Below, one piece after another: positions 63,052-64,000 of a stretch of DNA of 64,000 nucleotides. The stretch is taken from the NCBI GenBank assembly GCA_052327205.1, contig CM126205.1, positions 301,196,001 through 301,260,000 on the forward strand, in the 5' to 3' direction. The DNA is from Somniosus microcephalus. Taxonomy: Eukaryota. Within the stretch, counting starts at the first letter, position 1. Every line of letters starts with the position of its first letter. The notes beneath the pieces were generated by a model that was not told the origin of the DNA, searched no databases, and saw nothing but the letters and a program-made list of their open reading frames with translations. The position numbers and the translations under genes were made by a program.

Positions 63052-63745
63052 TTGTTGCACTCCCTCTATGGCAAGTATATCCTTCCTTAGGTAAGGAGAC
63101 CAAAACTGTACACAATACTCCAGGTGTGGTCTCACCTGGGCCCTATATAATTGCAGTAAGACATCTTTACTCTTATACTCAAATCCTCTTGTAATAAAGG
63201 ACAACATACCATTTGCTTTCCTAATTGCTTGCTGTACCTGCATGTTAACTTTCAGTGATTCGTGTACAAGGACATCCAGGTCCCTCTGAACACCAACATT
63301 TCCCAATCTCTCACCATTTAAAAAATACTTTGTTTTTCAATTTTTCCTACCAAAGTGGATAATTTCACATTTCTCCACGTTATATTCCATTTGCCATGTT
63401 CTTGCCCACTCACTTAGCCTGTCTATATCCCCTTGAAGCCTACTTGCATCCTCCTCACAACTTACATTCCCACCCAGCTTTGCATCACCAGCAAACTTGG
63501 ATATATTACATTTGGTCCCCTCATCCAAATCATTAATGTAGATTGTGAATAGCTGGGGCCCAAGCACTGATCCTTGCGGTACCCCACTAGCTACAGCCTG
63601 CCAACCCGAAAATGACCTGTTTATTCCTACTCTCTGTTTTCTGTCCGTTAACCAATCCTCAATCCATGCTAGTATATTACTCCCAATCCCATGAGCCCTA
63701 ATTTTGTTTAATGTGTGGCACCTTATCGAATGCCTTCTGAAAATC
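63052..63745 (-). mobile_element. CR1 LINE internal RT fragment
   Basis: GVPQGSVLGPQLFTIYINDLD, KFAGDAKL (degenerate FADD) and LYRAQVRPHLEYCVQFWSPY. Confidence 0.93.
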
Positions 63746-64000
63746 TACCAGGCTGCCTACCAAAGAGATGACACAACCCCACGCTGTTCCACTTCCGGCA
63801 GCCACAAAAAAAATGCGCTGGTCGGCACTTTCTATATATCTTCTAGCTATTGAACATATCCGGTGGTAATGCAGCACACTGCAGTGAAAATCTGAATGAA
63901 GCGTTACAGTGAATTGGTGTCAAGAAGTGTCATTTTCTTTGAATGTAACCTATGACACACCAGCAGTTCAGCAATTGTTTCTAAATTAAAATTCATCTAA

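Larger units (their letters stand above)
23647..64000 (-). other. ZEB2: 3' part of the large ZEB2 intron 2 (exon 2 lies beyond the window)
   Basis: No [24 protein letters not shown]-type exon was seen upstream of exon 3 in the window. Vertebrate ZEB2 intron 2 is known to be very long. Assembly gaps are a caveat. Confidence 0.8.

Overview
Vertebrate genomic DNA, most likely a cartilaginous fish (shark) judging from the retroposon repertoire. The whole window lies inside the ZEB2 (SIP1/ZFHX1B) gene on the minus strand. Three coding exons are recognisable, with canonical splice sites and the same sizes and phases as human exons 3, 4 and 5 (258, 72 and 189 nt). Everything from 23647 to 64000 is most likely the large intron 2. 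The introns hold CR1 and L2 LINE fragments, LmeSINE1-like and DeuSINE-like SINEs, PIF/Harbinger-type MITEs, a Penelope-like remnant, simple repeats, four assembly gaps and several repeat-free candidate enhancer blocks. The most unusual object is a ~3.2 kb decayed non-LTR retrotransposon (57447-60638). It begins with a tRNA-type A-box/B-box head, has no room for ORF1, and in my manual scan has no TTTT run on its sense strand, which suggests a protein-coding LINE transcribed by RNA polymerase III. Other leads are a candidate in-frame alternative first exon of ZEB2, tandem hammerhead-ribozyme remnants and a pre-miRNA-sized hairpin. Repeat family names come from recalled consensus features rather than database searches, and repeat boundaries are approximate unless stated.
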